Of a DNA stretch of 64,000 bases, positions 60,955-64,000 are shown piece by piece. Source of the stretch: Macrostomum hystrix. Taxonomy: Eukaryota; Animalia; Platyhelminthes. The notes beneath the pieces were generated by a model, which was given only the letters and a program-made list of their open reading frames with translations, did not search any database and was not told the DNA's origin. The translations under genes and the position numbers were made by a program. Numbering within the stretch: position 1 is the stretch's first letter; each line of letters begins with the position of its first letter. The stretch is from contig CATNEN010000001.1 of assembly GCA_950097015.1 (NCBI GenBank), positions 4,154,001 through 4,218,000 of the forward strand, written 5' to 3'.

Positions 60955-63234
60955 ATGGATCGACTACCACCAGAACTTCTGCAGTACATAATGCAATATT
61001 TATCAGCTAGTGACTTGCTAAGTTTCTGTTTGGCCCTGCCTGCAGCTTCGGGGCTACGAGTGACGCGACTCGTCTTTAACCTCCACAGCAGCTTGATGTC
61101 GCTAGATCAGCTGCAGCAGTTGCTTCGTTTGGTTGCTTGGCAGCGACATTTGCGCAATTTGGAGCTACTGCACCGACCTGATGTCACCCAGTGGCAGCTA
61201 CTTCGCTGCTTACTAAACAAACCCATCCCCAGTCTTACCATTCTCCATCTGGCATGTCTGGAGCTAGAGCCAGTTCCCGCTCGTCTTCCCTGGCTGCTAG
61301 ACCGAGCCCCTAACCTTTGCTGCCTCCGCCTGCGCCTTAAATGCTTATCAGACTGGCTGGGCTGTCAGCCAAAAGTGCGCATGCCTAGCCTAAAGCATCT
61401 TCAGCTACACCTGGCATCGATATCGTTGGCGCCAGCTAGATTGCAGTCTACCACGGAACATTTCGGAGTCGATGCGCCAAACTTGGAATGCCTTGAACTG
61501 CATCTTGTTGACAATCAACGTCGTTCTCAGCAGCAACATCTTCCCGGCCTATCTTCGAGTCCAGCTCATGCCAGTCTGTTGCTTCGATTGCTCCTAGCCG
61601 AGCCATTGGCCAGGGTGCAGTTTCGACTCGGCGGTGGTTTGCGCTACCTCGCAGTGACGCCTGCGCCACCGACTGACAACTGTGCGTCCTTGATGCGTCT
61701 GGCTGCGGAACGGGCCGGACTTCCGTGTTCACACCGAATAGCCTGTACCGAAGAAGATGCATTTGTACCTACTGGTGAGTAGTTAGCATTATGCGTATCA
61801 ATTATATTAAAGTATTTTTGCATGGGCACCGCATACCCACCCTCAACCACCCTAACAAATTCTGTACTTATCTCACAGCTGGGTCAATTAAAGTCATGCA
61901 GAGTTGAGTGACTCACTTAAGGACACAAATTGTTCCGTTGAAATAGAAATCGAACCCCCAAACTTAAAAGTCGTGCGTCCGACGCTGTAATCACTAGCAC
62001 TAGGATACAACCCTTGTGGCTACATATTTATATTAAAAAAATAAGGACTAAAAAATAAGCAGTTGTTTCAAGAAGCCGTATTAATTCAATGTTTTCATGT
62101 CTATGATTTAAATAGATTGTTATATTTAAATTTTTAACGCAACTTCAGCTCTGGTGCTATTTCGTGCCACCGATGTCAACGCTGGCTTCGATAGTGCAGC
62201 GCCGTTTCGAGACCCTTTTACTGGAGCAATGGTCGTCAACATTGATTGTGTGATTTCGTCTCAGCGGTACGTGTCTAGCCTGTCTAGTGCCGAGATTCTT
62301 ATCGTACTACCAAGAATCGCGCAATCGGTAAGCACTTCGGCGCTTTCGCTTGAGCAGCTGCGTCCACCGCAGCAAACAGACTGGTTTCAACGCTTGCGTG
62401 AGCTCAATGTCGGATGGCGTGACTTTTCAGACTTCTCAAAATGTTTTCTTAGTCTGCCGCAGCTTCGAGTTCTGCAGCTGCGCTCTTACATCGACTATCC
62501 GGATGCTCCACTCGACTTTGAAGTTTTAACACCGAATGTGCAAAGACTAACGCTGGACTTTGCTAGTGGCAGCTTGCAGCCGAGGCGATGCGTTGGTCGC
62601 CTTCCTAGTCAGCTTATGTCGCTGCGACTGTCGCTGCTGAGCCTTCTAGATCTTCGTGCAGGGGATTGGCTAGCCTTACCGCCTGTCAGTGCGGCTAAGG
62701 AGTCAGGTAAAACGGCTATTGAAAATTTTTCGGGATTTGTGTAAGGGGATATGTTCAGCCTTGACGAGGGGCTTATTATCAGCACTTCTTTGCACAGAAG
62801 CCGGCACTCTTCGATCCCTCTCTGTCGCGTGTCGCTTCGTTGCTGCGTCTGATCTTCGCCTGCTGGCTGACACAGCTAATCGACTATCTAACGCTGGTCA
62901 TGGCCTCACCAGTTTGACCTTGTCAGCCACAGCATGCGACCTGTCCGGCACCGAGCTGCGCCATTGGTTGCTAGGCAGCAGCATGCTGCCAGCTACGCTG
63001 CGTCTACTCTCTCTAGACGTTCCTGCCGCCAAAGCCGCTCTACGGATTCCTCGCGAAGTTGGAAATGGTGGCCGAGTTGTCACTCCAGATGGCGCGGTGA
63101 GGCTGCGGCCTCACCAACCGGACGATTGCAGCTGCTGGTGCAGCGGAGTTGGTTCTGATTCCGAGCGCCAGCTCAGACGACGCCCTGCGGGACATTGCCT
63201 GTCAGCTTTCTGCTACAGTGACATATGTTGCTGA
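60955..63234 (+). CDS. F-box protein with LRR-like leucine-rich region, ~604 aa
   Basis: N-terminal F-box MDRLPPELLQYIMQYLSASDLLSFC; LxxLxL motifs (LRNLELL, LKHLQLH, LRELNV, LRVLQL). Exons 60955-61774, 62149-62706 and 62798-63234 with phase-1 GT-AG introns. Confidence 0.85.
61865..62015 (-). mobile_element. SINE family 1 5' fragment in F-box intron 1
   Basis: GGACACAAATTGTTCC...ATCGAACCCCC...GTCCGACGC matches the family 1 head. Confidence 0.75.
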
Positions 63235-63615
63235 CAATGGCATTTTGTCTTAGTTTTACTCGTAGATTGCTAACATATTTTGTCCTTGGTAAATTATCTG
63301 GTCATATTCCCAATTTCCCAATTCCCATATTCACAATGTGGTAAGCACATAGTTTAAACTCTTCGTCATTTTTGCTTCATCCTTTGACATCTTGGCTGCA
63401 TTTAGTTGCTCATCTTATGCCTTTTGTCATCAATTCTTGTCTGAGCACTTTATCCCCAATTCGTCTCACATGCATAAAAGCTGCTCTCGTGTACCATTAG
63501 AAAGCAGCACTTTAACTTTCATTTATTTCAAATAAATTTTAGACGTTTTGTTTCATTCCTAATCTTTACTCTCCATGAGCTTGTGCGATTGGACCTTGCA
63601 TATCATGGCGCCATG

Positions 63616-63813
63616 TCACAGAAAAACGATAATCGTCATATAAAGCCAAATAAATAGCCAAATAGCACAAAAAGCCACGATACCAATTTGTCGAATACGC
63701 AGTTTATAGTACGTAAAATGTTTTAAATAAAACGCGCGCGTCTTTTGACTTCCTGTTGGTACTCGTTGGAGTCCGTCAGTGACTCGGTCTGACACAGCCT
63801 CGACCATCGACTC
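63616..63813 (-). CDS. Possible last exon of a tail-anchored SNARE (syntaxin-like) gene entering from the right edge
   Basis: Acceptor TACTTGTTTAG, then ESMVEAVSDRVTDGLQRVPTGSQKTRAF...KLRIRQ followed by a hydrophobic tail IGIVAFCAIWLFIWLYMTIIVFL-stop, resembling a SNARE C-terminal half plus TM. Confidence 0.4.
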   Translation of the reverse strand, partial: ESMVEAVSDRVTDGLQRVPTGSQKTRAFYLKHFTYYKLRIRQIGIVAFCAIWLFIWLYMTIIVFL

Positions 63814-64000
63814 CTAAACAAGTACAGTCTGACAGGGTCGACCTTGGCACTCCTGCTCAGGCTGTCAAATTTTCGGAGGGCCATGAGACTCGCCCGCAGG
63901 TCAGGTGTTTTTTTCGTCGATTGCTGAGACTTACCCACAGCGAACTTTTCCCACAGCAAGACTTAAGGTCCGTTTTTTAATGCGATGTCATTCGTACCAG

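Noticed and set aside
63723-63959. 78-aa ORF on the - strand
   Set aside because: No recognisable domain, TTG start and bounded by a stop; the overlapping frame with a TM tail is more plausible

Overview
Eukaryotic (animal) genomic DNA with GT-AG introns, most of which are filled by a different minisatellite. This architecture suggests a Macrostomum-type flatworm, which is an inference. Manual splicing gives these genes: (1) the 5' part of a LIV-1 family ZIP zinc transporter (- strand), head-to-head with (2) a 16-exon golgin-245/GOLGA4 gene (~2,536 aa, GRIP domain) that has a recent in-exon 84-bp repeat expansion. (3) Seven tightly spaced co-oriented - strand genes run from 56.8 to 30.8 kb: an intronless KDEL receptor, HADHB thiolase, four highly diverged EHBP1-like paralogs (NT-C2 + CH + CAAX) and a C2H2 zinc-finger gene. 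(4) An F-box/LRR-like gene (+) and (5) a possible syntaxin-like last exon (-) follow. The most notable feature is the EHBP1-like array. Only one copy keeps the Rab-binding bMERB domain. The other three have a short acidic tail with an Atg8/LC3-interacting-like motif (DDWVMV, DWEFDWEVV, degenerate EDEDGWFHT) before a geranylgeranylation CAAX box. Two copies have no ATG of their own and begin at an in-frame splice acceptor, which fits a trans-spliced operon using the flatworm spliced-leader AUG. Mobile DNA includes two tRNA-derived SINE families, a TA-TSD MITE family, an 8-bp-TSD hAT-like MITE, foldback elements and a solo LTR nested in a SINE. Most long ORFs in the supplied track are repeat artefacts.
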